Origin: a virus
Virus genome (UHGV): UHGV-0063792
Direction: 5' to 3' (one strand)
Length of the DNA stretch: 23,367 nt
Positions within the stretch are counted from its first letter, which is position 1. Every line of letters starts with the position of its first letter. The position numbers were made by a program, and so were the translations under genes. The notes under the pieces were generated by a model that saw only the letters and a list, made by a program, of their open reading frames with translations, ran no database searches and was not told where the DNA came from. Below, piece by piece: positions 9,956 through 18,207 of this stretch.

Positions 9956-10920
9956 TGTATTCTTTAGAGGAATTTAATAATCAAGCAATAAACGCAGATT
10001 TCCAACGTAATAATATGTTCAGCTGTGTTTTTGCTACAACTCCATCAACTAAAAGCTCTTCGTTGATAAGTTCAATTAGCAACTTTTCTTATAATAACTT
10101 AGGCCTAAATTCAGATTGGTTAGGATTAACTCAAGGCGATATTAATCAGGGAATTACTACGCTAATTACAGCTGGCACACAAAAACTGATAAGAAAATCA
10201 GGGGTTAGTAAATATCTTATTGGTGCCATGAGTCAACGTACAGTTCAAAGTTTATTAGGCTCATTTACAGTTGGTACATATTTAATTGACTTCTTTAACA
10301 TGGCATATAACTCATCTGGATTGATGATATACTCTGTAAAAATGCCAGAGAATAGATTATCCTATGAAACTGACTGGAACTATAATTCTCCTAATATTCG
10401 TATAACTGGGAGAGAATTAGACCCTTTGGTTATTTCATTCAGAATGGATTCAGAAGCTTGTAACTATCGTGCAATGCAAGACTGGGTTAACGCTGTTCAA
10501 GACCCAGTAACTGGATTGCGTGCTTTGCCGCAAGATGTCGAGGCTGATATTCAGGTTAATCTTCATTCTCGCAATGGATTACCACATACTGCGGTGATGT
10601 TCACTGGATGCATTCCAGTGTCCGTAAGCGCTCCTGAGTTATCATATGATGGAGATAACCAAATAACTACATTTGATGTTACTTTTGCGTATAGAGTCAT
10701 GCAGGCTGGAGCAGTTGATAGACAAGCTGCGCTTGAATGGCTTGAATCTGCTGCTATAAATGGTATTCAAAGCGTTCTCGGAAATAGTGGAGGTGTCACT
10801 GGACTATCTAATTCGCTTTCACGACTTAGTAGATTAGGGGGAACTGCAGGAAGCATTTCAAATATTAACACTATGACAGGAATTGTCAATTCGCAAAGTA
10901 AAATATTAGGAGCAATATAA
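9955..10920 (+). CDS. 54: gp54 baseplate tail tube initiator, 321 aa
   Basis: 321-aa ORF, TAATG overlap with gene 48; matches T4 gp54. Confidence 0.9.
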   Translation: MYSLEEFNNQAINADFQRNNMFSCVFATTPSTKSSSLISSISNFSYNNLGLNSDWLGLTQGDINQGITTLITAGTQKLIRKSGVSKYLIGAMSQRTVQSLLGSFTVGTYLIDFFNMAYNSSGLMIYSVKMPENRLSYETDWNYNSPNIRITGRELDPLVISFRMDSEACNYRAMQDWVNAVQDPVTGLRALPQDVEADIQVNLHSRNGLPHTAVMFTGCIPVSVSAPELSYDGDNQITTFDVTFAYRVMQAGAVDRQAALEWLESAAINGIQSVLGNSGGVTGLSNSLSRLSRLGGTAGSISNINTMTGIVNSQSKILGAI

Positions 10921-10922
10921 CA

Positions 10923-10954
10923 ATGGGGACCTTTCGGTCCCCATATTTTTATTT
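10923..10954 (+). terminator. Rho-independent terminator after gene 54, probably bidirectional
   Basis: AUGGGGACC-UUUC-GGUCCCCAU 9-bp GC-rich stem followed by AUUUUUAUUU; also sits at the 3' end of the convergent alt.-3-like gene. Confidence 0.6.
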
Positions 10955-11239
10955 ACGGAATGAAATGAAAGCAGCAACTGAAGCAACTAAACTGTCTTCA
11001 ATATAAACTTCAATTTTTACCGGAGCTTCTGACTCAAATTTACCTGTTACTACACCCTGAAAAATACTTTCAGTCTGTTCTGGCTTTGAAAAATTTTCAG
11101 AAGGAAAAATTCCGAACTTTTTATCTGTTCCAAAAATTTTGATAAATTCATCGTAAACTGCTTCATTAAAAGCATTATCAGCAGGAATAACGCCTTCAAC
11201 TACAAGTTCTTGACCTAAAAAGCGCAAAGAAGATTTCAT
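10949..11239 (-). CDS. alt.-3: Hypothetical protein, 96 aa (position of T4 alt.-3)
   Basis: 96-aa ORF with GAGGAAC SD; convergent with gene 54. Confidence 0.55.
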   Translation of the reverse strand: MKSSLRFLGQELVVEGVIPADNAFNEAVYDEFIKIFGTDKKFGIFPSENFSKPEQTESIFQGVVTGKFESEAPVKIEVYIEDSLVASVAAFISFRK

Positions 11240-11270
11240 TTTGTGTTCCTCATGTTATGTCAGTAAGACT

Positions 11271-11300
11271 ACTATAACACAACACGAGGGACTTGTAAAC
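11271..11300 (-). promoter_or_regulatory. Candidate sigma70-type early promoter for the alt.-3-like gene
   Basis: Minus strand GTTTAC, 18 nt, TATAGT with an upstream TGn; about 30 nt before the ATG at 11239. Confidence 0.35.
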
Positions 11301-11440
11301 TACATCTTGAACTTTTTAGACATTCCGTTGATGTTAACCAAAGAAGCTAAGATTTGAGAAACTTCGTTTTCCTCTTCTTTTGATTCTTCTACAAGGAATT
11401 GATTAAATCCAGCCATTGGACGAACTTCACCAGTTTCCAT
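11300..11440 (-). CDS. 46-aa acidic ORF downstream of alt; may instead be the displaced C-terminus of Alt (see findings)
   Basis: ATG 11440..11438 to TAG 11302..11300 (METGEVRPMAGFNQFLVEESKEEENEVSQ...); the same frame is open upstream to 11518 with no start codon. Confidence 0.3.
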   Translation of the reverse strand: METGEVRPMAGFNQFLVEESKEEENEVSQILASLVNINGMSKKFKM

Positions 11441-11505
11441 TAGATGGTCGCCATCATATACTGATTCTTCTAATTGTTCAGAAGGAGGAACGATTGTACC
11501 TTCGA

Positions 11506-13362
11506 TTAGATATACTTGTTATAAGCAGTTTCTTTCATAAAGTAAGTACTTACTTTATTAATCTTCAGTAAAATTCCACGTGGTAGAATAACTTCAGCTT
11601 CTGACGGAAATCCTGATAAATGACCCGGAACGATAACTTTGATTCGCTCAGCTCCTTTAATTACCATACCCACGCTAGTTTCAGCATCTTCATTAGCATA
11701 TGTAGAATGACTACCCATATGCATCAAATCTTCTGCATCAACGGAACCTTCTCCTTCACCAGAAAATACTGCGCCGGAATCATCTAGAGCCATATAGTTT
11801 TTACCATGCTCACCGAAGATATTTGGTTTAAGCGATGTGGATACGAAGTTCTTGAAATAGAACATTTTATTTTCAATGTTATGACGCAAAGTTTTAAAGG
11901 TAACTTCTTGTCCACGGTAAAGTGTAGTTCCTGGAGGAAGAACTGAACCTTTAGCGAATGCAGAATCAAGCGTCTCAATATGTTTAATAGCTCGTTCCAT
12001 ATATTCTTCACGGGTAGAATCTGGTTTACCCAAAAGGAACGAGTTCATTTCAACATATGAATCTGCACAATAATCTTCAATTACATCAGATTCAGCTTGA
12101 GTTAATCCTTTTGGAGTTACTTCAGTGCTTGCGTATTCATATGCCTGAGCAGCAGATTCATTAATCAATTTATAAATGCCATTCATGACAAATTGAATAA
12201 TAGCTGTCTTTTCATCTGGCGTAGCTTTAGAACCTTTAACCAAATCATTGATAATTTTCTTAATAACATCAAAGCTATTAGAAATATTAATATCAGCAAG
12301 ATCGCTTAAAATTTTATCAGTCTTATAATCAAAGAATTCTTTATTCTTTAAATATTCTTGAGAACCTTGATATGTTATATCGCTCTGTAACTTGATAGAT
12401 GGATCACGTAAACGTGCATGGGCTAATGCAATATGATTTCGGAAGCTTTCGAGTTCATAATCACTAGATTTAAAACGAGAAGCGCTTCTCATACCGCCTA
12501 TAGCTCCTTTGCTGAAGTTTGAACCAATTTGAATAACGCCAGAGTTCATTGGTCCTTCTGCTTTATACACCGGAACTTTAGATTCAAACTCTTGATATTT
12601 CTTAGCAGCGAAGCTATCACCCTGAAGTGAAGCATCAACAGTAGAATATTGAGCTTGTGCTGCTAATCGACGACTAATTTTAGTTTTCTGAATAACAGCT
12701 TGGTCCGTGCGCTTATCATTTTCTAAAGCAATAGAAGCAGCAACAGCAACAGCTTTAGGAACAGCATTACCTGTTTTAACATCTACATAAACATCACCAA
12801 CCTTTGATTCAACTTTTGTGAATAACTCAGTTGAAATAGGAGGTACACCTGGAATGTCTTCTAAATTGGCATTTTTACGATAAACCATAATATATGCGTA
12901 CTTTTTATCATAATCCCAGATTTCCTTTAAAAGAACATATCGACCTGCTCCTTTAGTACGTACTAAACGGTCAGCAATAACTTGCATTTGACGAGCAGCG
13001 CCATTTGTTTTACTCTTTAGTACGCGGAATAAGCATGCATCAATTTTATACTGTTTCATTGTTTGAAGAGCAGTATCAAAAACAGCGTTAATGACGCCAA
13101 TTGGATTTCCACCCAAGTTTCTAAGTTTAACCAGTGATAATTTCTCGTTGACACCTATCATTACGATATGCATCATTTTATCGCCCGGCTTAACGTTTTT
13201 ATTTGTATCACCTCCAGAGGTGTATGTACAAAATCTAAATCCAGGAAGCACGCTTTCTTCGCCGGCTTGAATAGCAAAAATTTGAGGTATTTTATGCTTA
13301 GGATTTAAGTTAACAACCGGCGCCGAAGCGCCGTCAAATAATTCTGTAATAAGTTCCATCAT
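11506..13362 (-). CDS. alt: Alt, head-packaged mono-ADP-ribosyltransferase, 618 aa as read here
   Basis: R-S-E ART motifs near the C-terminus (TLYRGQ, FVSTSL, SEAEVILPRG); N-terminus MMELITELFD; position between gene 30 and gene 54 as in T4. Confidence 0.85.
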   Translation of the reverse strand: MMELITELFDGASAPVVNLNPKHKIPQIFAIQAGEESVLPGFRFCTYTSGGDTNKNVKPGDKMMHIVMIGVNEKLSLVKLRNLGGNPIGVINAVFDTALQTMKQYKIDACLFRVLKSKTNGAARQMQVIADRLVRTKGAGRYVLLKEIWDYDKKYAYIMVYRKNANLEDIPGVPPISTELFTKVESKVGDVYVDVKTGNAVPKAVAVAASIALENDKRTDQAVIQKTKISRRLAAQAQYSTVDASLQGDSFAAKKYQEFESKVPVYKAEGPMNSGVIQIGSNFSKGAIGGMRSASRFKSSDYELESFRNHIALAHARLRDPSIKLQSDITYQGSQEYLKNKEFFDYKTDKILSDLADINISNSFDVIKKIINDLVKGSKATPDEKTAIIQFVMNGIYKLINESAAQAYEYASTEVTPKGLTQAESDVIEDYCADSYVEMNSFLLGKPDSTREEYMERAIKHIETLDSAFAKGSVLPPGTTLYRGQEVTFKTLRHNIENKMFYFKNFVSTSLKPNIFGEHGKNYMALDDSGAVFSGEGEGSVDAEDLMHMGSHSTYANEDAETSVGMVIKGAERIKVIVPGHLSGFPSEAEVILPRGILLKINKVSTYFMKETAYNKYI

Positions 13363-13382
13363 AGCCTCTCTAGTGTTTATTC

Positions 13383-13390
13383 TATTTATA
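13383..13390 (-). promoter_or_regulatory. Late promoter TATAAATA for alt
   Basis: Exact TATAAATA on the minus strand, about 20 nt upstream of the alt ATG, followed by GAGAGG SD. Confidence 0.5.
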
Positions 13391-13395
13391 AAATT

Positions 13396-13413
13396 AAAGG
13401 CCCGAAGGCCTTT
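13396..13413 (-). terminator. Rho-independent terminator (UUCG tetraloop) after the 62-aa ORF
   Basis: Minus strand AAAGGCC-UUCG-GGCCUUU, perfect 7-bp stem, followed by AAUUUUAU. Confidence 0.5.
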
Positions 13414-13600
13414 AGTAATCTAGTGGTAAGAGAGTACGATATATTTCAAACTTTGGTCCTTTTTCATAGGCATCAAATGTTTCTGTAAATTTATTATAAG
13501 CGTATGCATCTACAAATTCGAGAATGACTTGTGATACAGAAGTAGAAACATCTCCACCTTCTTTTTGAGCAATGACAATTGTTTCTAAGTAAGCTTTCAT
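13412..13600 (-). CDS. Hypothetical small protein, 62 aa, between ligase and alt
   Basis: ORF with ATGA overlap onto the ligase stop; translationally coupled. Confidence 0.55.
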   Translation of the reverse strand: MKAYLETIVIAQKEGGDVSTSVSQVILEFVDAYAYNKFTETFDAYEKGPKFEIYRTLLPLDY

Positions 13601-15060
13601 AAACCAGTTACCTCATGAAAATCACCAAATACATCCTCGAATGTATTAGCTTTAGTTTTATCTTCACGTAAACGAATCGCAATCGGAAGAAATAATTTAA
13701 CGTAATCAGTGCGGCCATCAGATTTTAACCAACCGTTGCATTCGCACTCTAGAATTTTTCCAATATAATAATTTTGGTTTTCCATAATGCGAGTACGGTC
13801 AAGTTCATGCGATTTTACACCGGCTTTATCTTTTAAGCCTGAACCAGCATTTACCTTAATTTTTCCACACTCTGATTCAAGAATAAATCCACCCGCTTTA
13901 GTAGGGTCTTTACGGTGAGGATAAATTCCTACAATTTTTAAATCAACATCAATTACTTCTTTAAATTTATAGAGATTTTTTGAACGAGCATTTTCCCACA
14001 ATCCATCGGTATTTTTGAGAATAATACCTTCAAGACCTTGGTCAATATACTTTTTATAAATTACCTTAGCTTCATCTAGGTTATTTACTACCTGGTTTTC
14101 AATTAAAATTACTTTATCATAACCTGATGTCATTTGTTCTAGTTTAGAAAAACGTACATCATATTTCAAACGAAATGCAGGAAGACCGTATATTTCTACC
14201 AACGGGACATAATCCCAGACCTGAAACTTCATGCATTGAGCTTCTTTTTCAGAAATGGTTCCCTTTAAAGATTTATTGGCGATGCCATTAGATGCAGTAC
14301 GTGATTCAGCTACTTCGGCGAATTCTTTAGCTTTACTAATTTCAGGATAAGCATCAAAAAGAAAATCTAGGCCTTCTGGCTCCTTTTCAACTTGCTCATG
14401 GTATACCAATTCGCCATCAATTAACACACCTTCTGGATGAATCTGGCGAGCTTCTGCAGTCATTTTGATTAACTCTTCCTTAAGAAGATCTAATCCTAGA
14501 TATTCATTACCAGCTCGTGATAAAAGACGAACATCATCTAATTCATCACCTCTGACTTCAGCAAAACACCGAGCTCCATCAGCTTTTAACTGGGCAAAGG
14601 CTGGAAATTTGATATTCTTATTAATGCCTTTTTCATCATAAGAACTTGCAAGCATTTGAGGTTGTTCAGGAATTAAACCTGGCCAAACTTTGTTTGCAAT
14701 AGATACTGAAGCACCGCATTCAAGGTCTCGCATCATCACCCGACGCAAAACTTCAACATCATCTTTTTTACCGTCAGTAATATATCCAGTTAATTCCTCA
14801 ATTGCCGCATTTCCAGTCAATTTCCGAGTAGCTAACGTGAATTCAATGAAGTCAAGCATATCGGTAAGAGTCAACATTCCAAAACTCTGGGTAGCAATAC
14901 CCGGTTTAGGCCATTTCTTGATATAATACTGTAACCCACGAGAATAAGTCAGACGATATACTCGTTTAAGCAATTCATTATCTTTATTCTTTTCAAGAAT
15001 TGCTTGCTTCTGCTTAGTTGAACCAATAGATGCTATTTCGTTCAGAATTTTAAGAATCAT
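13597..15060 (-). CDS. 30: ATP-dependent DNA ligase (gp30), 487 aa
   Basis: 487-aa ORF with adenylation motif KxDG (AQLKADGARC) and N-terminus MILKILNEIASIGSTKQKQAILEKN, as T4 DNA ligase. Confidence 0.92.
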   Translation of the reverse strand: MILKILNEIASIGSTKQKQAILEKNKDNELLKRVYRLTYSRGLQYYIKKWPKPGIATQSFGMLTLTDMLDFIEFTLATRKLTGNAAIEELTGYITDGKKDDVEVLRRVMMRDLECGASVSIANKVWPGLIPEQPQMLASSYDEKGINKNIKFPAFAQLKADGARCFAEVRGDELDDVRLLSRAGNEYLGLDLLKEELIKMTAEARQIHPEGVLIDGELVYHEQVEKEPEGLDFLFDAYPEISKAKEFAEVAESRTASNGIANKSLKGTISEKEAQCMKFQVWDYVPLVEIYGLPAFRLKYDVRFSKLEQMTSGYDKVILIENQVVNNLDEAKVIYKKYIDQGLEGIILKNTDGLWENARSKNLYKFKEVIDVDLKIVGIYPHRKDPTKAGGFILESECGKIKVNAGSGLKDKAGVKSHELDRTRIMENQNYYIGKILECECNGWLKSDGRTDYVKLFLPIAIRLREDKTKANTFEDVFGDFHEVTGL

Positions 15061-15326
15061 TGTTCATCCTTTAGAGTTTGGTTTACAGCTCTATTATAAA
15101 TCAATTCATCATTAAGCTCAGTCAAAGACCTGTGGTACGTGGTTCTAACTTTATTTCCTTGCATCCAGTGCTTGACGTAAATGAAACCTTGCTCTACGCA
15201 TTTTTTAAAAATTCGTTCGTCTTTTTGAGCTCGGAATTCTGGATTGCATCTAAAAAATTGATTTACGTGACCATAATCACGTGTAGTATTACCTTCATTT
15301 TCATAAATAGTGTGAACAACAAACAT
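15057..15326 (-). CDS. Hypothetical protein, 89 aa (30.1-like position)
   Basis: ORF with ATGA overlap onto the ligase start and TAATG overlap with the upstream gene. Confidence 0.6.
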   Translation of the reverse strand: MFVVHTIYENEGNTTRDYGHVNQFFRCNPEFRAQKDERIFKKCVEQGFIYVKHWMQGNKVRTTYHRSLTELNDELIYNRAVNQTLKDEQ

Positions 15327-16162
15327 TAGAATGCTCCTTGGAAAATATTATCACCACAAGTAGGTCTATTATACAAATACTCTATACCACCGGGTTTAAT
15401 ATAGTTCCATGTCTGAAACGGATGCGTCTGATATGGATGATATGGATTATAAGGATTAAATCCAGGAGTTCTCCAGGTAGTGTTCCAACGAAAAGAATCA
15501 TTTTTAATCATCTTTTCAATTACATCTTTTATAGCTTTTTCACTATCAAAACTTTCTTTATTTTCCTTTGGTGAAAAAAGCTTATTCTCTACATCGTTCC
15601 ATGTATAAACTCGCTGTGCAGTTTTTGGAATACTGTCACGCTCTCCTCGAGCCATCCAATACACAGGAACACGTAATATTTCACTCGCATGATCGCAGTG
15701 GTGAGCGAGATCGTCAATATAACAAATTACATTATATTTCTCTTTTGCCTTTTTGAACAACTCTTCTTTTGAAGAATCATGACCACACATCATTACTTCT
15801 GAGAAGGCACCAGGAAAAAGAGCATTCAAATTAAATTGACGATTCAGCAAAGCGTCAATAGAATCACCCAATGCTGTAACAGCTACAAAATTATAATCTT
15901 CTTTTAATTTGTTAATTACACACAGAGCATCTTTATATGGAGACAAATAACGAATAAAATCTGATCGATTGTATTTTTCAATTAGCTTAACGCCAAGTTC
16001 TTCATCACAGTTAAAGAGTTTACCAGGAGAAATAAATTTCTCATCTTGGATCATTTTTAAAATATGTTCTAACGGAAGATTATATTTCTGAGCAAAATAA
16101 GGAAGGCCTGATTGCCAGCTTAAACATACTCCATCAATATCAGTTAAAATAGTAGGCTTCAT
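15326..16162 (-). CDS. HAD-superfamily hydrolase-like protein, 278 aa (30.2-like position)
   Basis: N-terminal ILTDIDGV (HAD motif I, DxDGx[TV]) and later YIDD acidic motif; Pro/Tyr-rich tail NPYNPYHPYQTHPFQTWNY. Confidence 0.6.
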   Translation of the reverse strand: MKPTILTDIDGVCLSWQSGLPYFAQKYNLPLEHILKMIQDEKFISPGKLFNCDEELGVKLIEKYNRSDFIRYLSPYKDALCVINKLKEDYNFVAVTALGDSIDALLNRQFNLNALFPGAFSEVMMCGHDSSKEELFKKAKEKYNVICYIDDLAHHCDHASEILRVPVYWMARGERDSIPKTAQRVYTWNDVENKLFSPKENKESFDSEKAIKDVIEKMIKNDSFRWNTTWRTPGFNPYNPYHPYQTHPFQTWNYIKPGGIEYLYNRPTCGDNIFQGAF

Positions 16163-16617
16163 AGAGAGTCTCTTAATAGGTTTAACACATCAATAAATTC
16201 AGCTTCGGTTAGTATTGTATCATCTTTTGTTAGACCACTAGCCATGCTGTGCTTCAAAACTTTTCCTTTCGAGGCTTGTAATGCATCACGAAAGCCCTTG
16301 TTTTGGATCGCTGCTTCAAAATATGCATTTGTGTATAATTCTTTCCACGCCGGGGAGTATCTTGAAAATGGAACTCCAAGCCAGAAGAGGGTCCCATGGT
16401 CCTGAGCTCTAGCATAAGACCTTCCAGCTTGTTGGGCGGCAAGCCCGGATAATCCAAATATACGACGTTGTTGTTCAACGTTTTTCACCTTACATCCTTG
16501 GAGGAATCCTTCGAGACCTCCGAATTGAATACCATCCATGACGAAAGGCCATTGGGCAAAATTACTTAATGCGCATGATGGCCATCTAAAATTACTTCTA
16601 ATCTCTAACTCAGACAT
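16159..16617 (-). CDS. NADAR / YbiA-like (DUF1768) domain protein, 152 aa (30.3-like position)
   Basis: Motif LSNFAQWPFVMDGIQFGGLEGFLQGCK resembles the NADAR core (SNF..P...DG......E.[FY]Q..K); start set at ATG 16617 because the track ORF 16623 start is a TTG. Confidence 0.6.
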   Translation of the reverse strand: MSELEIRSNFRWPSCALSNFAQWPFVMDGIQFGGLEGFLQGCKVKNVEQQRRIFGLSGLAAQQAGRSYARAQDHGTLFWLGVPFSRYSPAWKELYTNAYFEAAIQNKGFRDALQASKGKVLKHSMASGLTKDDTILTEAEFIDVLNLLRDSL

Positions 16618-16673
16618 TTTCAATGCTTATAATTTCAACATCAGCCCAATGACCATAGCAAGGAAGACGAAAT

Positions 16674-16805
16674 TCAACTGGCCAGTTCTAATATAATAGA
16701 CTTAACTTGTGGTTCTTCATGTTCATCAGTATATGGATTTTTATCTGTTACTTTATATGTGACCTTAATGTACTGAATTCCAAAAATCTTATTAATTATA
16801 TTCAT
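16674..16805 (-). CDS. Hypothetical micro-protein, 43 aa; below the ORF-track cutoff
   Basis: ATG 16805..16803 in ATGA overlap with the upstream gene stop; translation MNIINKIFGIQYIKVTYKVTDKNPYTDEHEEPQVKSIILELAS. Confidence 0.3.
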   Translation of the reverse strand: MNIINKIFGIQYIKVTYKVTDKNPYTDEHEEPQVKSIILELAS

Positions 16806-16999
16806 ACTAATTCCTTTAATCCGTAGATAGGAGATAATTCATCGCCCATACGAAGGTCTTCATTTCCATCTACCCAAGAAACAATATAAGCCTCTTTTAT
16901 TTGAATACCACTCCATTTAAACGGAGGTAGAACCTTAGAAATTAATCCAGGTATACCAACTCCCTTTAATTCAACAGTTTGACCTAAAAAGAATTTCAT
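16802..16999 (-). CDS. Hypothetical protein, 65 aa
   Basis: ORF with TAATG overlap to the upstream gene. Confidence 0.5.
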   Translation of the reverse strand: MKFFLGQTVELKGVGIPGLISKVLPPFKWSGIQIKEAYIVSWVDGNEDLRMGDELSPIYGLKELV

Positions 17000-17286
17000 T
17001 AAAACCTCATCTGAAAACCGTGCGATTTAACATTACCGCCATTAATATCAGAACTATTAATTTCACGTGCAATTGAGGGATCAATGTCAATTTCGCGATT
17101 GAGTTTAGTGATAGCTAAAGTATCGCGCCCATTTACAGTACGGAACTCTAAAGGGCAGACTACATTAACGTAGTTTTTAATCGATTCACTGGTAGGTTGC
17201 AAATGTGCAGGAAGGTCTTTAGGCGCCTTTGAGAAAACTACTTCGCAGAAGTTTTTACGGGTATCAAAATAAGTAGTCATAAACAT
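16999..17286 (-). CDS. Hypothetical protein, 95 aa
   Basis: Start set at ATG 17286, 8 nt after GAGG; the track ORF 17337 start is a TTG. Confidence 0.5.
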   Translation of the reverse strand: MFMTTYFDTRKNFCEVVFSKAPKDLPAHLQPTSESIKNYVNVVCPLEFRTVNGRDTLAITKLNREIDIDPSIAREINSSDINGGNVKSHGFQMRF

Positions 17287-17303
17287 AACATTTTCCTCAG
17301 TAA

Positions 17304-17317
17304 GGGGCCAAAGCCCC
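17304..17317 (+). other. GC hairpin in the short intergenic space
   Basis: GGGGC-CAAA-GCCCC; on the plus strand it is followed by UCAUUUAUUUU, so it could terminate antisense plus-strand transcription, or act as an mRNA processing/stability element on the minus strand. Confidence 0.3.
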
Positions 17318-17326
17318 TCATTTATT

Positions 17327-17692
17327 TTAAATATCAAATTCGTTAAGAACTACATCAAAGATTGCTTCAAGATGCTCAGGTTTAGCTCTGTTACTCAGAA
17401 TATGACGAATCCAAGTTTTAACCAAAAGCTTGCGATTAACGCCATTCCAGCAAGGATGAGTCCCTAAATCGCGTTCACGGAAATCATCATCCAGAGCGAT
17501 TTTAAAGTTGGAACCTTCCATCGTGATTGAAACCGTGATACCGTTTTCAAATCGCATATAAATGTAATTAGGAGTCATATACTGCTCAATTTCGCATACT
17601 GATCCATTTTGATGTTTCCAAAGGCAAATAGTATCAATAGAACCTGCAATACCATTAGAAACATATTTACGTTCAAAGTTGATGTAGTTCAT
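17327..17692 (-). CDS. Hypothetical protein, 121 aa
   Basis: Start set at ATG 17692 with GGAGAATAAA immediately upstream; the track ORF 17704 start is a TTG. Confidence 0.6.
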   Translation of the reverse strand: MNYINFERKYVSNGIAGSIDTICLWKHQNGSVCEIEQYMTPNYIYMRFENGITVSITMEGSNFKIALDDDFRERDLGTHPCWNGVNRKLLVKTWIRHILSNRAKPEHLEAIFDVVLNEFDI

Positions 17693-17728
17693 TTTATTCT
17701 CCAAGATGTTTAATTGCGGTACAGGTAT

Positions 17729-17757
17729 ATAATATCATATCCTGTACCAAAGTAAAC
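17729..17757 (-). promoter_or_regulatory. Candidate early promoter
   Basis: Minus strand GTTTAC, 17 nt, TATTAT; the -10 lies in the loop of the inverted repeat GGTACAGG/CCTGTACC; followed by GGAGAATAAAATG. Confidence 0.4.
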
Positions 17758-17759
17758 AA

Positions 17760-18092
17760 TTATTTTACTACTTTCCAATGCTGCATGTCAAGTTTACCAA
17801 CTTTTTTCATCTTCTCAATTAAGCGTTCGGCACGTTGGCGAGCTGTAACATAATACCATTCACCTAATTCATTTTGTTCAATTTTTCCAACGATTACTGT
17901 ATTCAATTCATAAATCCAACCAGTAAAGAAATTATGAACTTGAATTGTAAAGGTGAAATCTGTTCCCATACCTTCTGTTGTTTCTACTTCAATAATATCA
18001 CCTTCAACTGCCATTAAGAACCACATAGTTTCATCATATTTACCATTGAAGCATTTAGTTTTAACTGCAGCGTTCAGATTAATCGTTTTCAT
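17760..18092 (-). CDS. Hypothetical protein, 110 aa
   Basis: ORF with ATG start preceded by AAAGGAGAATAAA. Confidence 0.6.
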   Translation of the reverse strand: MKTINLNAAVKTKCFNGKYDETMWFLMAVEGDIIEVETTEGMGTDFTFTIQVHNFFTGWIYELNTVIVGKIEQNELGEWYYVTARQRAERLIEKMKKVGKLDMQHWKVVK

Positions 18093-18124
18093 TTTATTCT
18101 CCTTTGTTTGTGTAAGATAATACT

Positions 18125-18154
18125 ATCATATCACAAAGGAACCATACTGTAAAC
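18125..18154 (-). promoter_or_regulatory. Candidate early promoter
   Basis: Minus strand GTTTAC, 18 nt, TATGAT; shares the GATATGATA motif and the GGAGAATAAAATG RBS with the promoter at 17729-17757. Confidence 0.3.
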
Positions 18155-18170
18155 AACTTTATGCAATCTT

Positions 18171-18202
18171 TGGAAAATAAAAAAGGACTCCCGAAGGAGT
18201 CC
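18171..18202 (-). terminator. Strong rho-independent terminator (UUCG tetraloop)
   Basis: Minus strand GGACUCC-UUCG-GGAGUCC, perfect 7-bp stem, followed by UUUUUUAUUUUCC; 5 nt after the stop of the small basic protein gene. Confidence 0.65.
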
Positions 18203-18207
18203 TCAAC

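Noticed and set aside
11784-16478. ORFs 11784..12011(-), 14690..14926(+), 15078..15329(+), 15338..15574(+), 15568..15756(+), 16254..16478(-)
   Set aside because: Alternative-frame or antisense shadows of alt, ligase, the HAD-like gene and the NADAR gene
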